Assembly: GCA_965223865.1 (NCBI GenBank)
Contig: OZ245020.1
Coordinates: 64,001-128,000 of the forward strand
Direction of reading: 5' to 3'
Length of the DNA stretch: 64,000 bases
Source: Nitrosarchaeum sp.
GTDB lineage: Archaea; Thermoproteota; Nitrososphaeria; Nitrososphaerales; Nitrosopumilaceae
In this document: positions 10,171 through 20,393 of the stretch, in pieces
Layout of the letters: every line of letters starts with the position of its first letter
How positions within the stretch are numbered: position 1 is the first letter of the stretch
Position numbers and translations under genes: made by a program
Notes under the pieces: generated by a model
What the model was told of the DNA's origin: nothing
Databases searched by the model: none
What the model saw: the letters and a program-made list of their open reading frames with translations, nothing else

Positions 10171-10660
10171 GTGTTGCACCTCTATCAGTTATTTTGATTT
10201 CAGAGTCTTGAGATACATATGGTTTTACTGCAAGCTGGGCTGGAGTGTAAATTAATCCTTCTTTACTAAATGAAGATAATTCATAGTCATTTGTCATGTA
10301 TAATGCATAAAATGGACAAGCGTCAACACATAGTCCACAAAAAACACATTTACCGTAATCGATTTGTGGCATAATTGATTTTTTGTTCTGAGTCTGTTGA
10401 TCAGGTACTTTGACCATTGCAATTGCTTCTGCTACACCTTCGCAGGCAATTGAGCAAAGTTGACATCCTGTACAGTGATCATGAAAAAGCATATGACGGC
10501 CTTTAAGACCTGCAATTCCAACACCTGTAGAGGGATCAAATTGGTAACCATCTCCAACAAATTTTAGTTTCTCTTCAGGATATCTTAAGGTAAATCTTCT
10601 GAGTGCAATATGTTTGATTCCAGAATTTAGAGCTTTGATTATTCCTGTAGCTGTTCCCAT
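10163..10660 (-). CDS. nuoI: Complex I subunit I (2x[4Fe-4S])
   Basis: CTGCQLCSIAC and CVFCGLCVDACP. Confidence 0.96.
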   Translation of the reverse strand: MGTATGIIKALNSGIKHIALRRFTLRYPEEKLKFVGDGYQFDPSTGVGIAGLKGRHMLFHDHCTGCQLCSIACEGVAEAIAMVKVPDQQTQNKKSIMPQIDYGKCVFCGLCVDACPFYALYMTNDYELSSFSKEGLIYTPAQLAVKPYVSQDSEIKITDRGATHG

Positions 10661-11958
10661 TACAACATTCCTCCAGGTCCCAAGACTCCAGCGTAAAGCA
10701 AGCCTAGTGCTATAAAGATGTTAACGAATGTTAAACCAATTAGTTTGTACCAACCAAGACTTAACAACATATCAATTCTAATTCTTGGAAATACACCTCT
10801 TGGCAATAGTATGAAGAAGATGACTCCTACCGTTTTGATTACAAACCAAGCAATTCCATTAAGTGTCTCTTGTGAGAATAGCGGTAAGCCTGGAATGGTT
10901 ACTGTGATTGGTCCTGCCTCAATTCCTTCAGTAATAATCTCCTCTGGGAAAGGTGGCCAGATCATAGGACCGTTCCATCCACCCAAAAATAACACAACAA
11001 ACAGTGCTGCAAATGCATATAGTTTGAGATAAGTTCCCAACTGGACAAGACCATACATCATTCCAGAGAATTCTGTCAACCAACCTGCCACAATCTCACT
11101 TTCTGCCTCTGGCAGATCAAAGGGAATTCTTTCTAGTTCAGCTAGTATAGTAATAAAAAATACAATTGCACCTACTGGTAAAAATATAATCCAAGGGAAA
11201 TTTGACTGACTTGCAGCAATCTCAGAAAGATTTAGTGTTCCTGTAAGAATTACCACACCAAGAAGTGACAAGATTAGAGGAATTTCAAATGATATCATTT
11301 GGTGTAATGCTCTAATTCCTCCAATGAACGGGAATTTGCTATTTGCAGACCATGCAGAAAGAATTGTAATGATTGGGAAAAATCCAATTACTGCAAAAAC
11401 TGCCAACAATCCTACATCTATATCTGCAACTACCCAACCAGGAGCTACTGGAATTAATGCAATAAATGCAGCAGCAGCTCCGACAAAAACTACGGGGGCT
11501 GTCCAGAAAATTAATTTATCAGCTTTAGCAGGAATAATAATTTCCTTGGAGATTAATTTTAGACCATCTCCCATCAATTGTAATATTCCTTCAACCTTAC
11601 CACAATAGAAGGGACCAACTCGAAGTTGGAGTTTAGCCAACATCTTTCTCTCAACAAAAATGGTACCTGCAGCTATCAATGCAGCAAACCCAAATCCAGG
11701 AAATGCTGCAATTTTAAACAAATCAGTTACCATGAATGCCTTTAGAATTGGGAGTAATCTTGAAGGATCAGCAAGCCAAGTTAATGCAAGAAATGGCGTA
11801 AGTAATTCGCCATCAATTACTGGCATTTCAATGTAAAATAGAACAATTTGAACCAGTGGTAGTCCAATTAGTGCAAAGATTAGAAGAAACCAAAATAGGT
11901 TATCTAAAATAGATTTTATAAATTCACTAAGTTTGAATTTTGGTGCAATAACTGACAT
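10660..11958 (-). CDS. nuoH: Complex I subunit H (N-terminally extended)
   Basis: ERK..AKLQLRVGP, PFDLPEAESE. Confidence 0.96.
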   Translation of the reverse strand: MSVIAPKFKLSEFIKSILDNLFWFLLIFALIGLPLVQIVLFYIEMPVIDGELLTPFLALTWLADPSRLLPILKAFMVTDLFKIAAFPGFGFAALIAAGTIFVERKMLAKLQLRVGPFYCGKVEGILQLMGDGLKLISKEIIIPAKADKLIFWTAPVVFVGAAAAFIALIPVAPGWVVADIDVGLLAVFAVIGFFPIITILSAWSANSKFPFIGGIRALHQMISFEIPLILSLLGVVILTGTLNLSEIAASQSNFPWIIFLPVGAIVFFITILAELERIPFDLPEAESEIVAGWLTEFSGMMYGLVQLGTYLKLYAFAALFVVLFLGGWNGPMIWPPFPEEIITEGIEAGPITVTIPGLPLFSQETLNGIAWFVIKTVGVIFFILLPRGVFPRIRIDMLLSLGWYKLIGLTFVNIFIALGLLYAGVLGPGGML

Positions 11959-13092
11959 TTATCGATCTGCCTCCACTGGCCAATAGTTGAGACTCCAATA
12001 AACGGATGGCATGTTACCAAGTTTTTCTCCTTTAAGAAGATAAGGCATTGCAAGTAAGTTTCTAAATGAACCTACACTTAGCTTTAATCTGTAAGGCTCT
12101 GGTTTTTTATCAGAAACAATATAGCATCCAAGAGAACCCCTTCCAGACTCTACACGTTTGTAGACTGAATCATCTCCACCCTTTGGATTTGGCTTTAGTT
12201 TTACTCTTACAGATCCAGACTTTGGCATTTTTTCAAGAGCATGTCTGATAATTCTGCAGCTTTCCATCATATCAAGCCATGGAACTTTAGATCTTGCATA
12301 CGAATCACCTTCTTTGAGAACATGAGTTTGGAAATCTAGTTCATCATAAACATCATATGGTTCTTTTTTTCGTAAGTCATAATCAACTCCGCTTGCACGA
12401 AGAACAGAACCAGTAGTTCCAAGTCTTATTGCATCTTGTCTTGACAAGATACCAGTTTTTTCAGTTCTAGAAATTAAAATTGGATTATCATAAAATACTG
12501 CCCCATATTCTTTGATACGTTTTTCAAAGTAATTTACTTGTCTTAGACAAACATCTTCAAAGTTTGGAGGTAAGTCATTTCTAACACCACCTGGGACAAA
12601 GTGTGCATGAGTTACTCTAGCACCGGACATTTTTTCCATCAAGTCAATTAGAAATTCACGATCACCTGCAGGCCACATAAACATTGTAGAGTGTCCCAAA
12701 AAGATTCCATAGATTGCAAGCCAGTACATTATGTATATACACCTGTTTAGCTCAGATGCAATAACTCGAATGTACTTTGCCCGTTCTGGAACTTCGATGC
12801 CAAGAAGTTCTTCAACTCCCAAGACATAAGGATACAAAACATTACAAGAATCATGAATTACTGGTCTTTCTAAGTGGGGAATGTTTAAGATATAATTTCT
12901 ATATTCTGCCATCTTTTCTTCTCCACGATGAACATAACCAGGATCAGGATCACATGCAACAATAAAGTCACCATCAATTTGTACAACAATTCTCATATGA
13001 CCTGAACCAGGATGTTGAGGTCCAACATTGAGAGTCATAATTCTCTCGTCTACTTTTTGAAGTGCTAATCCTGGTGGCAATTCTGCTGTCAT
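11959..13092 (-). CDS. nuoD: Complex I subunit D
   Basis: GPQHPG, GYVHRGEEK, VESGRG. Confidence 0.96.
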   Translation of the reverse strand: MTAELPPGLALQKVDERIMTLNVGPQHPGSGHMRIVVQIDGDFIVACDPDPGYVHRGEEKMAEYRNYILNIPHLERPVIHDSCNVLYPYVLGVEELLGIEVPERAKYIRVIASELNRCIYIMYWLAIYGIFLGHSTMFMWPAGDREFLIDLMEKMSGARVTHAHFVPGGVRNDLPPNFEDVCLRQVNYFEKRIKEYGAVFYDNPILISRTEKTGILSRQDAIRLGTTGSVLRASGVDYDLRKKEPYDVYDELDFQTHVLKEGDSYARSKVPWLDMMESCRIIRHALEKMPKSGSVRVKLKPNPKGGDDSVYKRVESGRGSLGCYIVSDKKPEPYRLKLSVGSFRNLLAMPYLLKGEKLGNMPSVYWSLNYWPVEADR

Positions 13093-13096
13093 TTCT

Positions 13097-13699
13097 CTAT
13101 CTTCCCTTTATTGCAAAGTCCTTTCTCAGTGGTGGTAAATCTGCCCAATCTTCTGGTAAAAGTAATCGTCTGTTATCTGGATGACCTTCAAAGTAAACTC
13201 CTAACATTTCAAAAACTTCTCTCTCGTGAAATTCTACGCTATAGAATATATCTCTAAGACTTGGAAGTCTTGTTGCATCATTTCCTGGAATTGGATTTTC
13301 TTCTCTCGGGGCTCTTGTAGCCAATACCAGAATTTGTCTTGCAAGTGAAGAATCAGAATAAGAGCCCAAGTGATAAACTACCTCGATTTCTTTATCTTTT
13401 GGAAAATCTACGCCTGTAACAGATTCAGCATGATCAAAATTTAGGTCGTCACGAATAAACTCTGCTACATCATGTACATCTTCTTTACTAACATTAATTC
13501 TGATTCTATCGGGTTTGACAAATGCTACTTGGGTTTTTTCACCAAATTTTCCAACAATTTTGTCTGCGATTTCTTTTTCAAATGCGGGTAGTTCAATTTC
13601 TTTTTCTGTAGGAGCAGGTTTTTTGGCTGCAGGTGTGGGTTTTGGAGTAGGTTTTTCCTCAGTTTTAGTTCCAGCTGATTCTTTTTTTTCTTCACTCAT
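13097..13699 (-). CDS. nuoC: Complex I subunit C
   Basis: EREVFEMLGVYFEGHPDNRRLLLP..PLRKD. Confidence 0.96.
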   Translation of the reverse strand: MSEEKKESAGTKTEEKPTPKPTPAAKKPAPTEKEIELPAFEKEIADKIVGKFGEKTQVAFVKPDRIRINVSKEDVHDVAEFIRDDLNFDHAESVTGVDFPKDKEIEVVYHLGSYSDSSLARQILVLATRAPREENPIPGNDATRLPSLRDIFYSVEFHEREVFEMLGVYFEGHPDNRRLLLPEDWADLPPLRKDFAIKGR

Positions 13700-14223
13700 T
13701 ATACAAACTTCCTAGCCTTCATCCTCTTGATTTTTTCTTGTAACAATATACAACCTTGAATTAGAGTTTCAGGTCTAGGCGGACAACCTGGAACATAGAC
13801 ATCTACGGGTATAACACCATCAATTCCTGGAAGAACATTGTATGAATCAAAATACAAACCTCCAGTAATTGCACATGCACCCATTGCGATAACATATTTT
13901 GGTTCTGGCATTTGATCGTAAACTAAACGAAGACGTGGTGCCATTTTTCTTGTGATTGTTCCTTGAACTACAACTAGATCACACTGTCGGAGTGAGCCAA
14001 AGGCTTCAATGATACCGAATCTTTCGACATCATATCGTGGACTTGATGCTGCTCCAAATTCCACACTGCAACAAGCTGTTTCAATGTGAACAGGCCAGAG
14101 TGACCAAATTCTACCCCAATTGATGGCATATCCCAATGGTTTGTCGATTGCTCTTTCTAAAATGTCACCTAATTTTCCAACAAAAACATTTGCATTTTCT
14201 GGTGTCACTAGATCCTTTAGCAA
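13699..14223 (-). CDS. nuoB: Complex I subunit B
   Basis: TACCSVE, MGACA, PGCPPRPE. Confidence 0.97.
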   Translation of the reverse strand: MLKDLVTPENANVFVGKLGDILERAIDKPLGYAINWGRIWSLWPVHIETACCSVEFGAASSPRYDVERFGIIEAFGSLRQCDLVVVQGTITRKMAPRLRLVYDQMPEPKYVIAMGACAITGGLYFDSYNVLPGIDGVIPVDVYVPGCPPRPETLIQGCILLQEKIKRMKARKFV

Positions 14224-14263
14224 TCTTTTCTCCTACTCCTGTAATTCTCATTTGTATAAATAA

Positions 14264-14638
14264 TTACCATATGTTACGTCTCCCTGATTGGTATAAGGCA
14301 AAGGCCATTGCCGCAAACATTATTCCCAAGAATCCTATTATCGGAAGAGTTGCTGACTTTGGTAATTCCAAAATAGTACTACCCCAAGCATACAAGAAAA
14401 TTGCCATTACATCAAAAACCACAAACATCAGAATGTAAGCATAATACTGCATCATAAAGTGAGTTCGTCCTTCACCTGACGGGACTTGACCACATTCCAT
14501 TGGAAGAAATTTTACTGGATTGCTCCTTTTTCTTGGTGAAATCATTCTAGAAATAATCAGAGCAGGTGCCATTGCTGCTACTGCAAAGCCAAACATCAAC
14601 ACCACGGTACCATAATTGCCCGCTAATTCCCCGACCAA
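14264..14638 (-). CDS. nuoA: Complex I subunit A
   Basis: ECG, YY..ILMFVVFDV. Confidence 0.94.
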   Translation of the reverse strand: MVGELAGNYGTVVLMFGFAVAAMAPALIISRMISPRKRSNPVKFLPMECGQVPSGEGRTHFMMQYYAYILMFVVFDVMAIFLYAWGSTILELPKSATLPIIGFLGIMFAAMAFALYQSGRRNIW

Positions 14639-14751
14639 TTTAGCTTTGAACCCAAGTTTTTGTATAAAAAGGTATGCTCGGTTTTTTTGATCCTATTTTT
14701 TGAAAACTCATTTTTGTAAAGTACTTTATATGACAACAACAATCAGCGATC

Positions 14752-15216
14752 ATGACTTTGAATGTTGGAGATACCGCTCCTAGCTTTGAACTTCCAGACA
14801 CTGAATTAAAACTTAGAACTTTGGATGAATTCAAAGGAAAGAAGATCGTTTTGTCATTCTTTGTTGCTGCAAGCTCTCCAGTTTGTGAAACCGAATTGTG
14901 TACTTTTCGAGATTCATGGGGAGAAATTTCAAATCTTGGTGCCCAAGTAATTGCAGTAAGTAATGACGGTCCATTTGCAAACAAAGCATTTGCAGAAAAG
15001 CATAACTTCAATTTCCCAGTATTGGCAGATTATACAAGTAAAACAATCAAGGATTATGATATTTTAATGCCAGACTTGCTTCACATCAAAGACTATAATG
15101 CTGCAAAACGATCTGTGTTTGTAATAACAGAAGAGGGAAAAATTGGATACAAGTGGGTATCTGAAGATCCTTTAAAAGAACCAAACTATGAAGAAATCAA
15201 ACAATTCCTAAAATAG
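14752..15216 (+). CDS. Peroxiredoxin (BCP/PrxQ type)
   Basis: GDTAPSF, SPVCETELC (CxxxxC), conserved Arg in AKRSVFV. Confidence 0.9.
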   Translation: MTLNVGDTAPSFELPDTELKLRTLDEFKGKKIVLSFFVAASSPVCETELCTFRDSWGEISNLGAQVIAVSNDGPFANKAFAEKHNFNFPVLADYTSKTIKDYDILMPDLLHIKDYNAAKRSVFVITEEGKIGYKWVSEDPLKEPNYEEIKQFLK

Positions 15217-15233
15217 GAATAAAATTCTTTTTT

Positions 15234-15746
15234 TTATTCTATATCTGCGATGTTATCACCTTTGGCAACAGTTGCAGCTTCTTTTATTTTAAGAGACTTT
15301 ACAACACCATCTTTGTGAGCTTTTACTGCAACCTGCATCTTCATTGATTCTAAAGTACAGATAACATCACCCTTCTTAATAGAATCACCTTCAGCAACTG
15401 CAATTGATACTACTTTGCCTGGAATCTGGCTTTTTAGTGCTAGTTGAGCACCTCCCGCACCACCACCACCAGAGTTTTTGTAAACTATATCATCAAAGTG
15501 AGTGTGCATGTTTAATATTATTGGAACATTATCAATTACAAGATTCATTTCGTTAGTTGAATGCTCAAGATATTTTGCTTTATGATATTGTTGGTCTAGG
15601 ATGAATTCAATTCCTTTTACATCCATGTTTAGAATTCTTAATTGGTGTTCTTTGTCATTAATTTTTATAATATAGTCATTATTTCCCAAGTTCTCAACAA
15701 TGTTTCCTTCAAATGATTTTTCAATGTCAGGTATTTTATAGTCCAT
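15234..15746 (-). CDS. accB: Biotin carboxyl carrier subunit of acetyl-/propionyl-CoA carboxylase
   Basis: ESMKM biotinylation motif. Confidence 0.95.
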   Translation of the reverse strand: MDYKIPDIEKSFEGNIVENLGNNDYIIKINDKEHQLRILNMDVKGIEFILDQQYHKAKYLEHSTNEMNLVIDNVPIILNMHTHFDDIVYKNSGGGGAGGAQLALKSQIPGKVVSIAVAEGDSIKKGDVICTLESMKMQVAVKAHKDGVVKSLKIKEAATVAKGDNIADIE

Positions 15747-15752
15747 TAATCA

Positions 15753-17240
15753 TCAATCCAATTTGTTTTTCCATATAGAATTACTTTCACCACTGTTTTG
15801 AGCTCTGCTCTTAAAGTATTCAGAATGAATAATTGCAGCTGCTAATGCTGCTTCACTCTTGACTTCTTTTTCTTTCTTAAGATCTTCAGATAGTTTGTCA
15901 ATCATGTTATAACGTTTCAAAAAGTCAGTTGATAGTTGTCCATTTTTGTATTCTTCAGAGTTTAGAATTGTTTTGTAAAGTGGAATTGATGTTTCTACTC
16001 CTTGAATGTAAAAGTCGTTTAATGCAGTGAGCATTCTTGTTCTTGATTCATCAAATGTTGGTCCCCATGTACATAGTTTAGCCATTAAGGAATCATAAAA
16101 TGGAGATACAGTACAACCAGGATAGAGGTAAGTATCACATCTTACATTTGGTCCTGAAGGAATAATTACATCAGGCACAGGACCGGTAGAGGGAGCAAAA
16201 TCCAAGAAAGTATCTTCGGCATTAATTCTGCATTCAATTGCATAGCCGTTCATCTTAAGATCACTTTGTTTGAATGGAAGTGGTTCTCCGTTGGCAATAT
16301 CAATTTGTAATTTAACAAAGTCTAATCCTGAAACCATTTCACTAATGGGGTGTTCTACTTGGAGTCTTGCGTTAATCTCAATAAAATAAAAGTCTCCAGA
16401 GTCTGCTCTTAAGAATTCTGCTGTGCCAAGGTTAGTATAATCAACAGCTTCTGCTGCTTTAACAACTAGTTCACCAATTTCTTCTCTTTTTGCTTCATCT
16501 ACTACAGGAGATGGAGTTTGTTCAATTAGTTTTTGATTTCGTCTTTGGATGGAACATTCTCTTTCAAAGAGATGTACTGCATTACCATGATGATCTCTAC
16601 ACATTTGATATTCAATGTGTCTTGTTTTTTCAAGGAATTTTTCAACAATGATTGCAGATTTTCCAACAGCAGCTATAGATTCAGATGTTACTGTTGCAAA
16701 ACCTTCTCGTAGTTCTTTATCATTAGTAACTAATCTAATTCCACGACCTCCACCACCATAGACTGATTTTAAAAGTACAGGATAGCCAATTTCATTTGCA
16801 ATTTTTTCCGCTTCATCTGCATCATCTACTAGTCCTGGACTTCCAGGTACCGTTGGAACTTTAGCTTTTAACATTGCAGCTTTACATTCCATTTTATCAC
16901 CACATAGATTCATTGAATCAGCAGATGGACCAATGAAATTAATTTTATTTTTTTCACAAAGTCTTGCAAAGTCATCGTTTTCAGATAGAAAACCATAACC
17001 GGGATGCACAGCATCTGTGCCTGAAGACAACATCACTTCAAGAATTTTTTCTTGGTTAAGATAGGATTTTGCAGGAGCTGCTTCTCCAATGTGATAAGAT
17101 TCATCAGCTTTCTTAACATGTAAAGAATTGTAATCTTCATCAGAATATACTGCAACCGTCTTTATGCCTAATGCATTGCATGTTCTAATTACTCTAAGAG
17201 CAATTTCTCCTCTGTTTGCGATAAGTACTTTCTCAATCAT
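15753..17240 (-). CDS. accC: Biotin carboxylase subunit of acetyl-/propionyl-CoA carboxylase
   Basis: ANRGEIA, HPGYGFLSEN, GGGGRG, RLQVEH (alternative GTG start at 17249). Confidence 0.96.
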   Translation of the reverse strand: MIEKVLIANRGEIALRVIRTCNALGIKTVAVYSDEDYNSLHVKKADESYHIGEAAPAKSYLNQEKILEVMLSSGTDAVHPGYGFLSENDDFARLCEKNKINFIGPSADSMNLCGDKMECKAAMLKAKVPTVPGSPGLVDDADEAEKIANEIGYPVLLKSVYGGGGRGIRLVTNDKELREGFATVTSESIAAVGKSAIIVEKFLEKTRHIEYQMCRDHHGNAVHLFERECSIQRRNQKLIEQTPSPVVDEAKREEIGELVVKAAEAVDYTNLGTAEFLRADSGDFYFIEINARLQVEHPISEMVSGLDFVKLQIDIANGEPLPFKQSDLKMNGYAIECRINAEDTFLDFAPSTGPVPDVIIPSGPNVRCDTYLYPGCTVSPFYDSLMAKLCTWGPTFDESRTRMLTALNDFYIQGVETSIPLYKTILNSEEYKNGQLSTDFLKRYNMIDKLSEDLKKEKEVKSEAALAAAIIHSEYFKSRAQNSGESNSIWKNKLD

Positions 17241-17245
17241 TTTAA

Positions 17246-18793
17246 TCACAAATTGATATTTCCATGTTTTCTGGGAAGCTGTTTTTCTCTTTTATTTTGA
17301 AGCATTTCAAGGGCTTTAATTAGCATCGGTCTTGTTTCTGCTGGGTCAATTACATTATCAACAGTTCCATGTGAGGCTGCTACGTATGGATTTTCAAACT
17401 TTTCTGCAAATTCATCAATTAATTCTTTCTTTTTCGCTTCAGGATCTGAAGATTCTGCAATTTCTTTTCTTGACATAATTTTTACTGCAGCTTCTGCTCC
17501 TAATACTGCACATCTTGCAGTTGGCCATGCATAATTAATGTCAGTTCTAAGATTTTTACTTCCCATAGCAATGTAAGCACCACCATATGCCTTGCCAATT
17601 ACAAGAGTTATTCTTGGTACTGTAGCTTCACAATACGCATAAAGCAGTTTACTTCCATGTCGGATTATACCGTTATGCTCCTGATTAGAACCTGGCATGT
17701 AACCAGGAGTATCTACTAGAGTTATTATGGGTATGTTAAATGCATCACAAAATCTAATGAAACGTGCTGCTTTGTTTGATGAATCAATGTCAAGTGCACC
17801 AGCAAGATGCATTGGATTGTTTGCGATAATTCCAACTACTGTACCATTCATTCTACCATAACCTACAACGACATTTGGTGCAAACAGTTCATGAACTTCA
17901 AAGAATTCATGGTTATCAACAATTGAATTGATGATTTCTTTCATGTCATATGGTTGAAGTGGGTTATCTGGAATAACATTAATCAAATTATGATCCAATC
18001 TGTTAGGATCATCATCAGTAGTCGTTCTTGGTGGTTCTTCAGTATTGTTTTGTGGAATAAATGAGATTAATTTTCTAATGTAATCCATGCATTCATATTC
18101 ATTTTGAGCAACAAAATGTGCAACACCACTTTTTGTTCCATGAGTCATAGCACCACCCAAGTCATCAAATGAAATGTCTTCACCCAATACAGTCTTGACT
18201 ACATCAGGACCTGTAACAAACATAGTACCTGCTTTTTCTACCATTATTACAAAGTCAGTCATAGCTGGTGAATATACTGAACCACCAGCGGATGGACCAA
18301 TACTTGCAGTAATTTGTGGAATAACACCAGAAGCTAATTGATTGTGATAAAAGATATCTGCAAAGCCATCAAGACTCATAATTCCTTCTTGAATTCTTGC
18401 ACCGCCAGAATCCATTATACCTATTATTGGACATCCCGTTCGCAGTGCATGATCCATAAGTTTTGTAATTTTTTTAGCACCCATTTGACTTAGTGTGCCA
18501 CCAAGCACAGTAAAATCATAGGCAAAAACAAAGATCTGTCTTCCACTAACTGTTCCATATCCGCCAACAACACCGTCAGTATAGAATTTCTTTTTCTGCA
18601 TATTATATTCGTGATAGTGATGGGTTGTTAATGGATCAACTTCTACAAAAGTACCCTCGTCCAGTAATAGATCAATTCTCTCTCGTGCAGTTAGCTTTCC
18701 TTTCTCATGTTGGGCTTTAATTCTATCTTGTCCTCCTCCCTGTAAAGATATTTTTTTTATCTTAGAATATTCCTCAATTTTTTCGGAACTCAT
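17246..18793 (-). CDS. pccB: Carboxyltransferase subunit of acetyl-/propionyl-CoA carboxylase (3HP/4HB cycle)
   Basis: GKLTARERI, DSGGARIQEG, KAYGGAY, KHGNINL. Confidence 0.95.
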   Translation of the reverse strand: MSSEKIEEYSKIKKISLQGGGQDRIKAQHEKGKLTARERIDLLLDEGTFVEVDPLTTHHYHEYNMQKKKFYTDGVVGGYGTVSGRQIFVFAYDFTVLGGTLSQMGAKKITKLMDHALRTGCPIIGIMDSGGARIQEGIMSLDGFADIFYHNQLASGVIPQITASIGPSAGGSVYSPAMTDFVIMVEKAGTMFVTGPDVVKTVLGEDISFDDLGGAMTHGTKSGVAHFVAQNEYECMDYIRKLISFIPQNNTEEPPRTTTDDDPNRLDHNLINVIPDNPLQPYDMKEIINSIVDNHEFFEVHELFAPNVVVGYGRMNGTVVGIIANNPMHLAGALDIDSSNKAARFIRFCDAFNIPIITLVDTPGYMPGSNQEHNGIIRHGSKLLYAYCEATVPRITLVIGKAYGGAYIAMGSKNLRTDINYAWPTARCAVLGAEAAVKIMSRKEIAESSDPEAKKKELIDEFAEKFENPYVAASHGTVDNVIDPAETRPMLIKALEMLQNKREKQLPRKHGNINL

Positions 18794-18913
18794 ATCGACA
18801 ATTAAATGATATAATATACCTATATTAATTTAGTTTGGTCAGAGATTCAACTAGGATGTTTTTATCATGATTAATTAAAATTGTGAATTTTTCTAAAAAA
18901 TTATTATGAATCT

Positions 18914-19231
18914 CTAAGAATTGAGATGAATTAATGGAAATTTTTTATTCGCAGATATTTGATAAGATTTAAAGACATCTTTTTCTTGACTGCATTTTTT
19001 ACAAATACATAACTGAGAAACTTTTTCAATATTACAATTATCTTGAAATTCACACTGGGAGCACCCTGCTGGACCGCCACATACAATACATTGTAATTCG
19101 TTAATTTTTGCACATTTCTCATGTTTAACTCCAAGTCCTTTTGCCCACAATCCCATTTCATTGATCTGAATTTTTTCATTACAGACAATGCAGGTTCCAG
19201 GAAACTTCATGGGAATTTTACGCCAACTCAA
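18914..19231 (-). CDS. Cys-rich putative Zn-binding hypothetical protein
   Basis: CxxC...HxxC, CxxC, CxxC, CxCxxC; 4-nt overlap with rfcL. Confidence 0.75.
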   Translation of the reverse strand: MSWRKIPMKFPGTCIVCNEKIQINEMGLWAKGLGVKHEKCAKINELQCIVCGGPAGCSQCEFQDNCNIEKVSQLCICKKCSQEKDVFKSYQISANKKFPLIHLNS

Positions 19232-20388
19232 TTTAACAACTCAATCTCCTTTTCAATAATATCTCCAAATGTTTCTTCAAATTCTAAATCTAATTTTTTA
19301 TTTTTTATACAAAACAAAAAAAATGGAAAGCCAAATGTTGCAAAAGCACTGGATGACAGATGTAATTTCTTTGCCATTACTGAAGATAATGCTTTAATTT
19401 TTCTTCCATCCCATCTTATTCGATTAAGTAGAGGCCAAGACAAATTATATTGTGTGTATCTAATACGATCGTCATTTTTGTAAAGTTTTAATAAAATTTC
19501 ATTCAAATAGCGTAATAATCTCCAATTTTGTGTCTTCATAATTTTCCCATAGAGAATATCGGCTTCTGATAATGTTTTCAAAAATTTTGCAAGTGTTTGG
19601 TTGTTTAGATTACTTGTAATAATACTAGAATAAAATGAATCAATCTTTTGCTTTGGATCTATTTGCATGGAATACAAAATACTTCTTGCTTCATCAAGTG
19701 AATTTGCTTTAAAGAAAGCGTTAATCCCATCTTCAACATTAATACTTTCAAAAGATTGATCTGTTTGGGGATTAAATCCTGTAACAAGTGATTGTGCAAG
19801 ATTAATCATAGAACGAATATCACCGTGAGATTTATCAATTACTTTGATGATAGAACCCGGACTTAGCTTTGCACCTTCTTTATTCAAAATGCTTTCAAGA
19901 TAAATACGTACAAGTCTTGGTGGAATTGGTTTGAAATAAATTGTTTTTACAACTTTCTTGATGCTCTTCATTTTATCAGAGGAATCAGAGTTTGCAGCAA
20001 GCACAATAGGAATTGTAGGCTCTTTTAGAATTTGAATTAGGGCCTCAGCACCACCATAGTCTCCTCTTCCATGAATTCCATCTACCTCATCTACAAATAT
20101 CATTGGCATGCCTAAAACACTAACATTTCCTAAAACTGGGGAAAGAATTTCATTGATTCTTGATTTACTTCTTACATCACTTGCATTTAGTCCAATCATG
20201 TCATAGCCAAACTGTTTTGCAGTAAGGTATGCAATTGTTGTCTTTCCAATTCCTGGAGGTCCAACAAGCAGAATTGGTTTAGTTCCTTTTTTCCATTTTG
20301 CAAACCATTCCATAATTGTGGCACGTGATTCTTCATTGCCAACCATGTCAGAGACATTTTGAGGCCGGTGTTTCTCAGACCACATCAT
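19228..20388 (-). CDS. rfcL: Replication factor C large subunit
   Basis: WSEKHRP, GPPGIGKTT, LNASDVR, DEVDG, GDIRS. Confidence 0.93.
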   Translation of the reverse strand: MMWSEKHRPQNVSDMVGNEESRATIMEWFAKWKKGTKPILLVGPPGIGKTTIAYLTAKQFGYDMIGLNASDVRSKSRINEILSPVLGNVSVLGMPMIFVDEVDGIHGRGDYGGAEALIQILKEPTIPIVLAANSDSSDKMKSIKKVVKTIYFKPIPPRLVRIYLESILNKEGAKLSPGSIIKVIDKSHGDIRSMINLAQSLVTGFNPQTDQSFESINVEDGINAFFKANSLDEARSILYSMQIDPKQKIDSFYSSIITSNLNNQTLAKFLKTLSEADILYGKIMKTQNWRLLRYLNEILLKLYKNDDRIRYTQYNLSWPLLNRIRWDGRKIKALSSVMAKKLHLSSSAFATFGFPFFLFCIKNKKLDLEFEETFGDIIEKEIELLN

Positions 20389-20393
20389 TTTAA

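Noticed and set aside
14640-15011. 123-aa minus ORF upstream of nuoA
   Set aside because: Antisense shadow of the peroxiredoxin gene
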